DNA from: Nitrospira sp.
GTDB taxonomy: Bacteria; Nitrospirota; Nitrospiria; Nitrospirales; Nitrospiraceae
Length of the DNA: 56,039 bases
Direction: 5' to 3'
Assembly: GCA_024331085.1 (NCBI GenBank)
Contig: JANDJG010000003.1
Span: 1-56,039, forward strand
Positions 41,406 through 50,899 of the stretch are shown one piece after another; position 1 is the first letter of the stretch; the number at the start of each line of letters is the position of its first letter. The translations under genes were made by a program, and so were the position numbers. The notes beneath the pieces were generated by a model. The model made no database searches and was not told the origin of the DNA. It saw nothing but the letters and a program-made list of their open reading frames with translations.

Positions 41406-41795
41406 ATGATTCCATCGGATTTGCGGTATCACACCGAACATGAGTGGGTTCGCGTAGAGGGCAAGCAGGCGACCATTGGGATCAGCCATTTTGCCCAAGA
41501 CGCCTTGGGCGACATTGTGTTCGTGGATCTGCCCAAAGTCGGGACCTCCGTCAAAAGCGGCCGACAGATCGGCGAGGTCGAATCGACCAAGACCACATCC
41601 ACGATCTACACGCCGGTGAGCGGAACGATCGCCCAAGTCAATAACGAGCTCAAGGACCATCCTGAGCTGATGAATTCCGACCCTTACGGCAAGGGGTGGA
41701 TCACCGTCATCGAGCTGGCCGACCCGGGAGAAGTTGAACGGTTGATGACGGCGTCGCAGTACGAAGCGTTTCTTGCCAGTCAAAAGACGGGCTAG
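41406..41795 (+). CDS. gcvH: Glycine cleavage H / lipoyl carrier protein
   Basis: Y..EHEWV, GISHFAQDALGDIVFV, VESTK lipoyl Lys, NSDPYGKGW. Confidence 0.96.
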   Translation: MIPSDLRYHTEHEWVRVEGKQATIGISHFAQDALGDIVFVDLPKVGTSVKSGRQIGEVESTKTTSTIYTPVSGTIAQVNNELKDHPELMNSDPYGKGWITVIELADPGEVERLMTASQYEAFLASQKTG

Positions 41796-41895
41796 GGTGA
41801 AGACGAACAAGAGCGGTGCCGCGCAACGGTCTCCATTCATAAGTCCGGAACCCTGATTCAGATCGGAAGCCGGGGCCTATCAGTTCCATCCCGCC

Positions 41896-43329
41896 ATGTC
41901 TGATCGCATCCACATCGCCATCCTCGGTGCCGGTCCAGGTGGCTACGTCGCGGCTATCCGCGCGGCTCAGCTTGGAGCCCGTGTGACCGTCATTGAACAA
42001 CAGATTCTGGGCGGGGTATGCCTCAATTGGGGCTGCATTCCCAGCAAGACATTGCTGTCCGTTATCGATCTCGGCGACAGGCTGAAACAGGCGGCGGACA
42101 TGGGACTGATGCCGGCCGAACCGCCCCGCTATGACCTGGCCCGCATGGTGGCCAGGAAGAACAAAGTCGTCTCAGGGCTGGTGAAGGGAATCGCGACACT
42201 CTTCAAGGCGTGGAACATCGAAGTGGTGCAGGGACGGGGGGAGTTGATCGGCAACAAGACGATCGCCGTCACTGATGCCGCCGGCGCCACGACGCAGATC
42301 CAGGCCGACGCCGTGGTGATCGCAACCGGCTCCTCCTGGCCGCAACTCCCGCAGTTCCCCGTCGACGGCAAGCGGATCATCACCAGCAGGGAGGCGCTGG
42401 ATCTGGAGACGGTTCCCGAACGGATGGTCATTCTCGGCGCCGGCGTTGAAGGATGTGAATGTGCGACGTTGTTTAGCGGGCTCGGCTCGGCGGTGACGTT
42501 GGTAGAGTTGCAGCCTCGCGTGCTTCCATCGGAGGATGACGACGTCTCGCTGCTGATGGAACGGGAGTTGAAAAAACGGTCGGTCGAAGTGAAGACCGGC
42601 ACCACGATTCAAATGGCTGAACATCTGATAGACGGGCTGGTCCTGACATTGGCCGATGGCACGAAGATCGACGCGGACACCTTGCTGGTTTCCATCGGGC
42701 GCGGCTTTCGGTCGAAAGGAATCGGACTGGACCGTGTCGGTGTGGCGCTGGGGCCACGGGGGGAAGTGCTAGTCAACGAGCGGATGGAGACCAACGTGCC
42801 CGGCGTCTATGCGATCGGCGACGTGGTCGGCAAGGCCATGTTGGCCCATGTGGCCTCGGCTCAAGGCAAAGTCGCGGTCGAAAATATTCTCGGCCATGAG
42901 ACCACGATGAATTACGATGTGATTCCCGCCGGCATCTTCACCTTGCCGGAGGTAGGTCGGGTCGGGTTGACAGAACGGCAGGCGCGCGAACGGGCTCAAG
43001 CCGGAGGAGATGATCCCGAGCGGGCCGTCAAGGTCGGACGGTTTCGGTATGCCGCCTTGGGAAAAGCGCAGGCGACCGGAGAAACCGCCGGGCTGTTCAA
43101 GATCATCGCCGACGCCGCAACCGGTAAGATCCTAGGCGCGCATCTTGTCGGGAGCCATGCGGCGGATTTGGTTCACGAAGTGGCGTTGGCCATGGAGATA
43201 GGTGCCACCGCCAATCAGGTGGCTCGAATGATCCATGCCCATCCGACGTTGGCCGAAGGCATCATGGAAGCCTGCGAAGACGTTGAGGCGCTAGCGATTC
43301 ATCAGGCAAGAAAAAGGAGTACGGCGTGA
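41896..43329 (+). CDS. lpdA: Dihydrolipoamide dehydrogenase
   Basis: GAGPGGYVAA, GGVCLNWGCIPSK redox disulfide, HAHPTLAE. Confidence 0.96.
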   Translation: MSDRIHIAILGAGPGGYVAAIRAAQLGARVTVIEQQILGGVCLNWGCIPSKTLLSVIDLGDRLKQAADMGLMPAEPPRYDLARMVARKNKVVSGLVKGIATLFKAWNIEVVQGRGELIGNKTIAVTDAAGATTQIQADAVVIATGSSWPQLPQFPVDGKRIITSREALDLETVPERMVILGAGVEGCECATLFSGLGSAVTLVELQPRVLPSEDDDVSLLMERELKKRSVEVKTGTTIQMAEHLIDGLVLTLADGTKIDADTLLVSIGRGFRSKGIGLDRVGVALGPRGEVLVNERMETNVPGVYAIGDVVGKAMLAHVASAQGKVAVENILGHETTMNYDVIPAGIFTLPEVGRVGLTERQARERAQAGGDDPERAVKVGRFRYAALGKAQATGETAGLFKIIADAATGKILGAHLVGSHAADLVHEVALAMEIGATANQVARMIHAHPTLAEGIMEACEDVEALAIHQARKRSTA

Positions 43330-43835
43330 TTCGCTCGCTGGCGATGAAACTTGGTCTGTTGGCTGCCACGATGGGCCTTGTCTGGTGGATGGCGTGGCAG
43401 GCTCCCGACGGCTTGGATCATGAGGCGCTCTCGCCGGACGAACCGGCGCCTGTCGCCGTCGAGGCTTCCGTCAAAGGGCCACCCACTCCCAAGGAGATCG
43501 AGGCACAGGCGGGGGCGGCAGGTGCGTCGGCCGGAAACAACGTCCGAACCGAGCTGCGAACCCATAATCGTGAGGCTTCCCTGGTCCGATCCGGTTCGCT
43601 CGGACCTGTGGATCTCAATCGTGCCGATGTCAACGAGCTGGAATCGCTGCCCGGCATCGGAGCCGTGCTGGCTCGGCGTGTCATGGAGTATCGAGCATCG
43701 ATCGGACGGTTTCAGACCATCGAGGATCTGCTTGCAGTCAAGGGGATCGGCCCCAAGACGCTTGAACGGATCAGGCCGTTCGTGATGGTTTTGGAGAGGG
43801 AGAACACAACCAAGGTCGAGGAACAGCCCTCATGA
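43326..43835 (+). CDS. comEA: ComEA-family helix-hairpin-helix DNA-binding protein
   Basis: N-terminal TM helix, VDLNRA...LESLPGIG...A, L..VKGIG.KTLE. Confidence 0.88.
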   Translation: MIRSLAMKLGLLAATMGLVWWMAWQAPDGLDHEALSPDEPAPVAVEASVKGPPTPKEIEAQAGAAGASAGNNVRTELRTHNREASLVRSGSLGPVDLNRADVNELESLPGIGAVLARRVMEYRASIGRFQTIEDLLAVKGIGPKTLERIRPFVMVLERENTTKVEEQPS

Positions 43836-45061
43836 TCGACGTCAAAGAACAATTGGAACTGATCGGTCGCGGCGTGGTGGAGATCATCCAGCCGGCGGAG
43901 TTGGAGGAGAAGCTCACCCGTTCGATCAAGGAGGGTCGGCCCCTTCGGGTCAAGGCCGGCTTTGACCCCACCGCGCCCGACCTGCACCTGGGCCACACGG
44001 TGTTGATTCACAAGCTCAAACACTTTCAAGACTTGGGCCATCAGGTCATTTTCTTGATCGGCGATTTCACCGGCATGATCGGCGATCCCACCGGCGTATC
44101 GGAAACGCGAAAGGCGCTCACCAAGGAGCAGGTCCAGGAAAACGCCAAGACCTATCAACGGCAGATTTTCAAAATTCTCGATCCGGCAAAGACTCTGATC
44201 GAGTTCAACAGCCGCTGGATGGGGACGATGTCGGCGGAGGGACTCATTCAACTGGCGGCGCACTACCGAGTGGCGCGCATGATGGAGCGGGATGATTTCC
44301 GCAAACGGTTTGAAGAGCAAAAACCGATCAGCGTCCATGAGTTTCTCTACCCGCTCGTGCAGGGATATGACTCCGTCGCCTTGAAAGCCGATGTAGAACT
44401 CGGCGGGACCGATCAAAAGTTCAACCTTCTGGTGGGACGAGAACTCCAGCGGGACTACGGGCAGGAGTCCCAGGTGGTCATCACGATGCCGTTGCTCGAG
44501 GGAACCGACGGCGTCAAAAAAATGAGCAAGAGCGTCGGCAACTATATCGCGCTCGAAGACCCGCCGGGCGAGATGTTCGGCAAGCTCATGTCGATCAGCG
44601 ACAGTCTGATGTTCCGCTACTACGAATTGCTCACGACCGAGGATCTCGATCGTGTGAAGTCCATTCATCCGATGGAGGCCAAACAGTCCTTGGCGGAATT
44701 GATTGTCGCTCGGTATCACGGGCCGGAGGCCGGGCGTTTGGCGAAAGCCGAGTTTCGGCACAAATTCCAAGCCCAAGAGTTCCCCGACCAACCGGACAAG
44801 CATCTCATCCTGACGCCGGGCGACCTGCCGGAGCGGAATGCCGCCGGGACGAGCGGCATCAAGTTGGTGAAACTCATCGCTGCGACGGGATTGGCGGCCA
44901 GCGGCAGCGAGGCCAGGCGGTTGATCGTGCAGGGGGGCGTGGAAGTCGACGGTGTGAAAGAGTCCGATCCCGATACGGTGATCGCGTTTCACGAAGGACA
45001 GCGACGCCGCCTCAAGATCGGCAAGCGAAAGTTCGCGCTCGTCGAATGCAAAACGAACTAG
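43832..45061 (+). CDS. tyrS: Tyrosyl-tRNA synthetase
   Basis: [19 protein letters not shown]-terminal S4 domain. Confidence 0.98.
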   Translation: MIDVKEQLELIGRGVVEIIQPAELEEKLTRSIKEGRPLRVKAGFDPTAPDLHLGHTVLIHKLKHFQDLGHQVIFLIGDFTGMIGDPTGVSETRKALTKEQVQENAKTYQRQIFKILDPAKTLIEFNSRWMGTMSAEGLIQLAAHYRVARMMERDDFRKRFEEQKPISVHEFLYPLVQGYDSVALKADVELGGTDQKFNLLVGRELQRDYGQESQVVITMPLLEGTDGVKKMSKSVGNYIALEDPPGEMFGKLMSISDSLMFRYYELLTTEDLDRVKSIHPMEAKQSLAELIVARYHGPEAGRLAKAEFRHKFQAQEFPDQPDKHLILTPGDLPERNAAGTSGIKLVKLIAATGLAASGSEARRLIVQGGVEVDGVKESDPDTVIAFHEGQRRRLKIGKRKFALVECKTN

Positions 45062-45163
45062 CCGGCGTGGCCGTCGTTCTCCCTTCTCCAAGCAGCGCAA
45101 GTCTCCTTCGTGGCCTGCCGCACCCTGCCCAGTACGGCTTGACGTGAAAAGCTCCCGAAGCGA

Positions 45164-45192
45164 TTGACCCTTTCGGCTTCCTTCCGTATCCT
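45164..45192 (+). promoter_or_regulatory. Putative sigma70 promoter of the WYL gene
   Basis: TTGACC-17 nt-TATCCT. Confidence 0.5.
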
Positions 45193-45220
45193 AGCGTCCG
45201 CCTGGATCGCGGGGGCGAGT

Positions 45221-46204
45221 GTGCCGCGCAACGATCAGATTACCCGCCAGTGGCATCTGCTGCGCTTGTTGGAGTCATCGGCCGGCGTCACGCTGGATGA
45301 GTTGAAGGCGCGATTGCCCGTCGACTACTCCCGCCATTTGAGAACCATCCGACGCGATCTGGAGGCATTGGAGGCCTCGGGGTTTCCCCTCGTCAATGAG
45401 CGAGTCGACGGTCAGGTCCGGTGGCGGCTCATGGACGGGGCCCGGCATGCGCCGGCCCTGTCGTTTTCGCCGACCGAACTGATGGCGCTGGTCATGAGCC
45501 GGGCGCTGCTCAAACCCTTGGCTGGCACCCACATTCAAGCGGCCTTGGATTCGGCCATGGCCAAGGCGTCGAGCCTGCTGCCCCCCGCGTCACTTCACTA
45601 TGCTGAGCAGCTTCAGAATCTCTTCGCGGTGGGAATCGGCCCCCACAAAACCTACAAGTCCCATCGCGACACCATCGACCGGCTGACCCAGGCCATCGAC
45701 AGGAAGTGTACGGTCCAAGCGCGCTACTTTTCCGCGTCGCGCGGCAGAATGACCAGACGCGAGATCGATCCCTATCGCCTGTGGTATGCCTCCGGCGGAC
45801 TTTATTTGATCGGCTACTGCCATCTTCGCAAAGAACCACGACTATTTGCCGTGGAACGTATCCGTTCGGTGACGCTCACCGATCATCCATACCAAATGCC
45901 CCTTCATTTCGACTTGGAGGCATTTGTGCAGGATTCACTTACGGTCATGCGGGGGCCTCGCATTGAGGTCGAACTGGAGTTTGACAAAGCGACAGCGGCC
46001 TGGGCGAAGGATCGAATCTGGCATCCAAGCCAGAAACTCACGTCGCTTCCAAGGGGGCGACTTCGCATGGAACTCCAGGTGGCGGATACGAGGGAACTCA
46101 TTGGATGGATCTTAAGCTTTGGCAGCGGCGTGCGGGTGATTAGACCGGATCAGTTGAGAGCCGCCGTCTTGGCGGAGGCGAAGAAGATTCTGGCCGTCGA
46201 GTGA
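45221..46204 (+). CDS. wHTH-WYL-WCX transcriptional regulator (PafBC/DriD class)
   Basis: RTIRRDLEALEASGFPL HTH, R.IDPY.L....LYLIGYCHLR...R.FAVERI WYL domain, WILSFGSGV.VI.P..LR WCX domain; GTG 45221 likely start. Confidence 0.93.
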   Translation: MPRNDQITRQWHLLRLLESSAGVTLDELKARLPVDYSRHLRTIRRDLEALEASGFPLVNERVDGQVRWRLMDGARHAPALSFSPTELMALVMSRALLKPLAGTHIQAALDSAMAKASSLLPPASLHYAEQLQNLFAVGIGPHKTYKSHRDTIDRLTQAIDRKCTVQARYFSASRGRMTRREIDPYRLWYASGGLYLIGYCHLRKEPRLFAVERIRSVTLTDHPYQMPLHFDLEAFVQDSLTVMRGPRIEVELEFDKATAAWAKDRIWHPSQKLTSLPRGRLRMELQVADTRELIGWILSFGSGVRVIRPDQLRAAVLAEAKKILAVE

Positions 46205-46233
46205 CCTCCGTTGTCACACGAACAGAGCAGCCT
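46201..46233 (+). promoter_or_regulatory. Palindrome 1 GTGAC-N7-GTCAC with weak -10 (putative WYL site)
   Basis: GTGACCTCCGTTGTCAC, 10 nt, CAGCCT; overlaps the WYL stop codon. Confidence 0.6.
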
Positions 46234-46303
46234 TGGGGAGATCGGTCGTTCTAAACTGCCAATGACGCGCAAGATTTCGCACCGTGAACGCACGGATGGC
46301 TCT

Positions 46304-46336
46304 GTGACCTTGGTTGTCACGGGCCCGTGCGACACT
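46304..46336 (+). promoter_or_regulatory. Palindrome 2 GTGAC-N7-GTCAC with weak -10 (putative WYL site)
   Basis: GTGACCTTGGTTGTCAC (15/17 identical to site 1), 10 nt, GACACT. Confidence 0.65.
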
Positions 46337-46392
46337 ACAGCCCGATCGGAATCGTTTCGAGCCGTCCGGAAGGGAAGAAAGGAGAGGCGGTC

Positions 46393-46761
46393 ATGCGAAA
46401 GCATAAAGGATGGCGAGTCGCCTTAATGGTCTGTTGTCTGTGGGCCACCACGAGCTGGGCCGAGTGGGGGTTCGATCCACGCTATGAGAGGGACTACAAC
46501 ATCTTCGCCCCGACTCAGCAATATGCATCCGATAACCCGCTGAATCCGGCGAATCGGTATGATCCGGACAATCCCTTTAACCCGGTGAACCGGTATGACC
46601 CCGGCAATCCACTCAATCCCATCAACCGCTACAATCCCAACAATCCCTTCAATCCCGTGAATCAGTACCATCCGGACAATCCATTAAATCCGGTGAACCA
46701 GTATAACGTCGACGTGCCTTTCGCGCCGTTGGGTGGAGGAAAGCCGTCGAGGAGATGGTGA
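46393..46761 (+). CDS. Small secreted Asn/Pro-rich repeat protein (122 aa)
   Basis: AGGAG RBS, signal peptide MRKHKGWRVALMVCCLWATTSWA, five 12-aa repeats. Confidence 0.85.
   Translation: MRKHKGWRVALMVCCLWATTSWAEWGFDPRYERDYNIFAPTQQYASDNPLNPANRYDPDNPFNPVNRYDPGNPLNPINRYNPNNPFNPVNQYHPDNPLNPVNQYNVDVPFAPLGGGKPSRRW
46531..46710 (+). repeat. 5 x 36-bp coding tandem repeat ([DGN]NP[LF]NP[AVI]N[RQ]Y[DNH][PV])
   Basis: Units differ mostly at third codon positions; no spacers. Confidence 0.9.
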
Positions 46762-46998
46762 GGAGAGGGAGAGATGAAACGACAGAGAGGGTGATCATCC
46801 GTGCCAACAGGGACCATGCAGACTCAGGGGCATGATCGCTGCTCCTATCAATCGAATTGCCGCAACGAAAGGGGATTCATGGCATCACGCTTCAGGGGGA
46901 GGGGGTTGCCTCAAGCTGAGAACGTCACGCTTTTCGCATAGCCTATTGAATGCGCCGGCAACGTTTCTCATGTTGTGCTGAGGAAGGGAGGCAGTTAA

Positions 46999-47292
<294 letters not shown>

Positions 47293-47312
47293 AGAGACGA
47301 AGAGTGAGAGAC

Positions 47313-50090
47313 ATGAGCGCTGCAACGTCTGAATTTGATCGGGTATTTGAAGATCTCACAGACAACAAGCCATTCCCGTGGCAGAAAAAACTGTTTGGCG
47401 AGTTCATGGAAAAAGAATTCCGCGAACACTGTGATGTCCCAACAGGCCTTGGAAAGACCTCGGTCATCACTATTTGGCTTCTAGCCTTAGCCCACCACGC
47501 GCAGAATGGATCTCTTGAAGGATTCCCGCGACGACTGGTCTATGTGGTGAATCGCAGAACCATTGTCGATCAGGCTACCGGCGAAGTGGAACGTTTGCGA
47601 GATACGCTCACTAGAAAGAACGAGCTCAAACCAGTGGCAGACGCACTACGATCCCTTTCGATTCAGCCAGAAGGCCAGCCTATTGCGATCAGCACATTGC
47701 GCGGTCAGTTTGCCGACAACGCCGAGTGGCGCAATGATCCCGCAAAGCCTGCCGTGATCGTTGGCACGGTGGATATGGTGGGGAGTCGCCTGCTCTTCAA
47801 TGGGTATGGATGTGGCTTTAAAAGTAAGCCGCTTCATGCGGGTTTTCTGGGGCAGGATGTTCTCCTCATACATGATGAGGCTCATCTTGAACCAGCCTTC
47901 CAGGAGTTGATCTTGGCGGTCCGCAACGAGCAGAAACGCTGCAGGGAGTTCGGTGTCTTTCATGTGATGGAACTGACGGCAACGTCGAGGACAGTGCAGT
48001 CAACTCAATGCTCCATCTTTACCGAAGAGGATCTGCGCGATCCGATAGTTAGCAAACGATATCAAGCTAGCAAGCGTCTGAGGCTCCACACTGTTGACGA
48101 CAAGACGAAGCTAGCCAGCAAAGTGGCGGAACTTGCGCTCAATCACAAGGAGAGTGGACAGGCCATCTTGGTCTTTCTTCGGGAGCTTGACCAGATCAAG
48201 AAAGTGTGTCGAGAACTGGGTGAAGCCAAACAGCAGGTTCATGTGCTCACGGGTACCCTTCGAGGAAAGGAGCGAGACGATTTAGTTAAGAAGGACCCGA
48301 TCTTTGCTCGTTTTATGCCGCGGCCCGAAGTCGATCCAGTCCAGGGAACAGTTTATCTGGTGTGCACCTCGGCTGGAGAGGTTGGGGTAGACATTTCCGC
48401 CAACCACATGGTCTGCGATCTCACACCATTCGATAGCATGGTCCAGCGCCTTGGTCGTGTGAACCGATTTGGAAATGGGGCTGCTTCTGTTGATGTTGTG
48501 CACGTGGCATCCAAAAAAGAGAAGAAAGTATCGGAAGCTGGCAACCCTGGATCAGATACGAGTGCGGCAGAACAGGGAACAAATCATGCCGAAGAATCCG
48601 CTGGAAAGGAAATTGCGGAAGCCCATGAGTCTAAGGAGGAGAATCTGGAACGGTTGTCGCTGGAATCGGCCATCGAACGAACTCGATCACTGCTGGCCAA
48701 GCTCCCGTGCCATCCCGATGGCTCGTTTGACGCTAGCCCAATAGCCCTACGTGACCTGCCCGAAGCCGAAAGGTTGACCGCATTTACTCCGCCACCAGTG
48801 ATCTGTCCTGTGAACGACATCCTATTCGACTCGTGGGCACTGACATCGGTTCGAGAAAAGCTGCCTGGCCGACCGCCGGTGGCTGATTGGCTGCATGGCG
48901 TAGCGGAGTGGGAGCCTCCAGAAACTTACGTGGCATGGCGCGAGGAGGTTGAACTGATAAAAGATGATTTACTGGACCGATACAAGCCAGAGGATCTCCT
49001 TGAAGACTATCCCCTCAAGCCGCACGAACTGCTACGGGACCGTTCCGATCGAGTCCGCAAAGAGCTGGAGAAAATCGCTGAACGCGAACCGAGCTGCTTC
49101 TGTTGGCTTCTTGATGTCAATGGTGAAATCCGCGTGCTGGGGATGGGTGAATTTATCCAGAAAGACAGGCAGAAGAAGCCGGTGATTGATCTAAAAGACT
49201 GCACCGTGATTCTGCCTCCCAAGGCCGGAGGGTTGAAGAAGGGTTTGTTAGAGGGGGATGAGCCGTTTGATGACGGTCAAAGGAGCAGCTACGACGTGTC
49301 GGATCAGTGGTTCGACGACGACGGACAACCAAGGCGGTGTCGGGTCTGGGATGATGCTGAACCTCCAGCAGGCATGCGGCTTGTGCGGACAATCACTGTC
49401 CCTGTTAATAAAGAAGAAGGCATTGAAGAGGATGAGGCTGAAACGCAGAGGTACTGGCGCTCGTATGTTCGGCCGCGATCGGCGGACGACGATGGTTCGC
49501 GGACCGCACGGGTACCGCAAGACTTGCAAGAGCATCTCCAAGCGGTTGAGAAAACGGCAAGCCAACTGGTCGACAAACTTAATCTGAAGGACCCAGAGAC
49601 TAAAGCTGTCATCCTGGCTTCCCGCTGGCATGATCTTGGGAAACACCGCGGCATCTGGCAACGGTCGATAGGCAACCATGACTTTCCACAGCGCGTACTG
49701 GCGAAATCTGGTGGCACCTTAACACCAGTGGACCTCTCGCCCTACCGGCATGAATTCGGCTCGTTGCTCGAAATACAGCGGCTTGATGAGTTTCAACAGC
49801 TTGATGAGCAAATCCAAGATCTGGTTCTCCACCTTGTCGCAGCGCACCATGGACGGGCACGTCCGCATTTCCCTGCTGATGAAGTGTTTGATCCAAACTA
49901 TCCAGAAGACGAGGCCGTTCAACTTGCGCGGGAGATCCCTCGTCGCTTTGCGCGCTTGCAACGGAAGTGCGGACGCTGGGGCCTCGCGTATCTCGAATCG
50001 CTAGTGCGAGCTGCGGATGCGCTGGCTTCACAAGGGCTCTGTTTACACAAGATGTCGGGGTCTGTCGAACCGAAAGAGGGAATGTCCTGA
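47313..50090 (+). CDS. cas3: Type I-G Cas3 (SF2 helicase with C-terminal HD nuclease)
   Basis: PTGLGKT, PRRLVYVVNRRT, DEAH, TAT, QRLGRVNR; C-terminal H..WHDLGK..RHE..HHG..WGLAYLESLVRAAD. Confidence 0.95.
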   Translation: MSAATSEFDRVFEDLTDNKPFPWQKKLFGEFMEKEFREHCDVPTGLGKTSVITIWLLALAHHAQNGSLEGFPRRLVYVVNRRTIVDQATGEVERLRDTLTRKNELKPVADALRSLSIQPEGQPIAISTLRGQFADNAEWRNDPAKPAVIVGTVDMVGSRLLFNGYGCGFKSKPLHAGFLGQDVLLIHDEAHLEPAFQELILAVRNEQKRCREFGVFHVMELTATSRTVQSTQCSIFTEEDLRDPIVSKRYQASKRLRLHTVDDKTKLASKVAELALNHKESGQAILVFLRELDQIKKVCRELGEAKQQVHVLTGTLRGKERDDLVKKDPIFARFMPRPEVDPVQGTVYLVCTSAGEVGVDISANHMVCDLTPFDSMVQRLGRVNRFGNGAASVDVVHVASKKEKKVSEAGNPGSDTSAAEQGTNHAEESAGKEIAEAHESKEENLERLSLESAIERTRSLLAKLPCHPDGSFDASPIALRDLPEAERLTAFTPPPVICPVNDILFDSWALTSVREKLPGRPPVADWLHGVAEWEPPETYVAWREEVELIKDDLLDRYKPEDLLEDYPLKPHELLRDRSDRVRKELEKIAEREPSCFCWLLDVNGEIRVLGMGEFIQKDRQKKPVIDLKDCTVILPPKAGGLKKGLLEGDEPFDDGQRSSYDVSDQWFDDDGQPRRCRVWDDAEPPAGMRLVRTITVPVNKEEGIEEDEAETQRYWRSYVRPRSADDDGSRTARVPQDLQEHLQAVEKTASQLVDKLNLKDPETKAVILASRWHDLGKHRGIWQRSIGNHDFPQRVLAKSGGTLTPVDLSPYRHEFGSLLEIQRLDEFQQLDEQIQDLVLHLVAAHHGRARPHFPADEVFDPNYPEDEAVQLAREIPRRFARLQRKCGRWGLAYLESLVRAADALASQGLCLHKMSGSVEPKEGMS

Positions 50091-50899
50091 TGAAGACCAA
50101 TCCCGAACCAGCTATCTGCGTTCGTGTGGATCCATCAAATCCTGGTCAGTTTTTCGCGTGTTGCGGGTTGCTCGAACTCGCCGACCGTCTGTGGGATGGG
50201 GCAGAGGGATGGTTTGAAAGGTCCGAGTTTTCTCTTCATCGGCCTAACGGCGAAGGTGGAGTTGGGTTGAAGGTGTTGCTTCGAGAGATTGCGAAGGCTT
50301 CTCTGGTGCCGCTGGATTCAGATGACGAGATGGCGTCGCCGGTGCGGTTAGATTCTCCGTTTTCGCTGCGGATTGATTGGTGGAAAGATGAAGACACGGG
50401 TGGTGACCAGTTTAAGGTGTGGGCAGGGAGCATGCGAGGCGTGAGGATCGCCAGAGCCATGAAAGCAACGTTGGACAAACCTCAACTACACCAGAGTGAT
50501 CTCTTTGATCACGGGAGTGTCGTGTATGACCCAGAAGAGCAGAACAAAAAAGTGGAGCCCTTCTACTTCGATGCCCGTCGTGGAGCGAATGCCTTGGCAT
50601 TGGATATCGGCTTCATGCCTGACAGCCTCAGCATGACTACGGTGGCATATCCAGCCGTGGAGTTTCTCTGCCTTGTAGGGCTACAACGCTTCCGGCCAAG
50701 GCCAACTGACACAAAACGCGTCTTTGATTATTTTACGTGGAATGTACCCCTAACCCCGTCAGTGGCGTCGTTGGCTGCCGCAGGCCAGTTACCGTTTGTC
50801 GGCGGTCAGGGCTATCGGTTTCAGATCGCCTTCCGTACAGACCAAAAGAAGCATAAAGCGTTTACCCCAGCGATCCCAATCGAAAGGAGCGAGCTATGA
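50090..50899 (+). CDS. cas8g2: Type I-G small Cas8 (Cas8g2/Csb3-like)
   Basis: NPGQFFACCGLLELA, DWW, FKVWAG, PFYFDAR, YPAVEFLC.VGLQRFRP; sits between cas3 and cas7 with TGATG coupling. Confidence 0.75.
   Translation: MKTNPEPAICVRVDPSNPGQFFACCGLLELADRLWDGAEGWFERSEFSLHRPNGEGGVGLKVLLREIAKASLVPLDSDDEMASPVRLDSPFSLRIDWWKDEDTGGDQFKVWAGSMRGVRIARAMKATLDKPQLHQSDLFDHGSVVYDPEEQNKKVEPFYFDARRGANALALDIGFMPDSLSMTTVAYPAVEFLCLVGLQRFRPRPTDTKRVFDYFTWNVPLTPSVASLAAAGQLPFVGGQGYRFQIAFRTDQKKHKAFTPAIPIERSEL

Noticed and set aside
917-45100. Many long antisense or overlapping ORFs in the track (e.g. 26467-27993, 24007-25338, 43712-45100)
   Set aside because: Shadow frames of well-supported GC-rich genes, with no motifs of their own.
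46531-46710. 36-bp periodicity next to cas genes, suggestive of a CRISPR array
   Set aside because: Units are contiguous with no spacers and vary at synonymous positions, so this is a coding repeat. I saw no CRISPR array in the window; one probably lies beyond cas1/cas2.
46816-46941. 41-codon ORF MQTQGHDRCS... between the repeat gene and the cas3 stub
   Set aside because: Weak RBS and no recognisable features; cannot be distinguished from chance.
46920-46990. GCCTATTGAATGC resembling the 3' end of I-G repeats (possible CreA/CreR-like mini-RNA)
   Set aside because: No repeat hairpin, no second pseudo-repeat and no match to the cas promoter seen. Worth re-testing once the true repeat is known.
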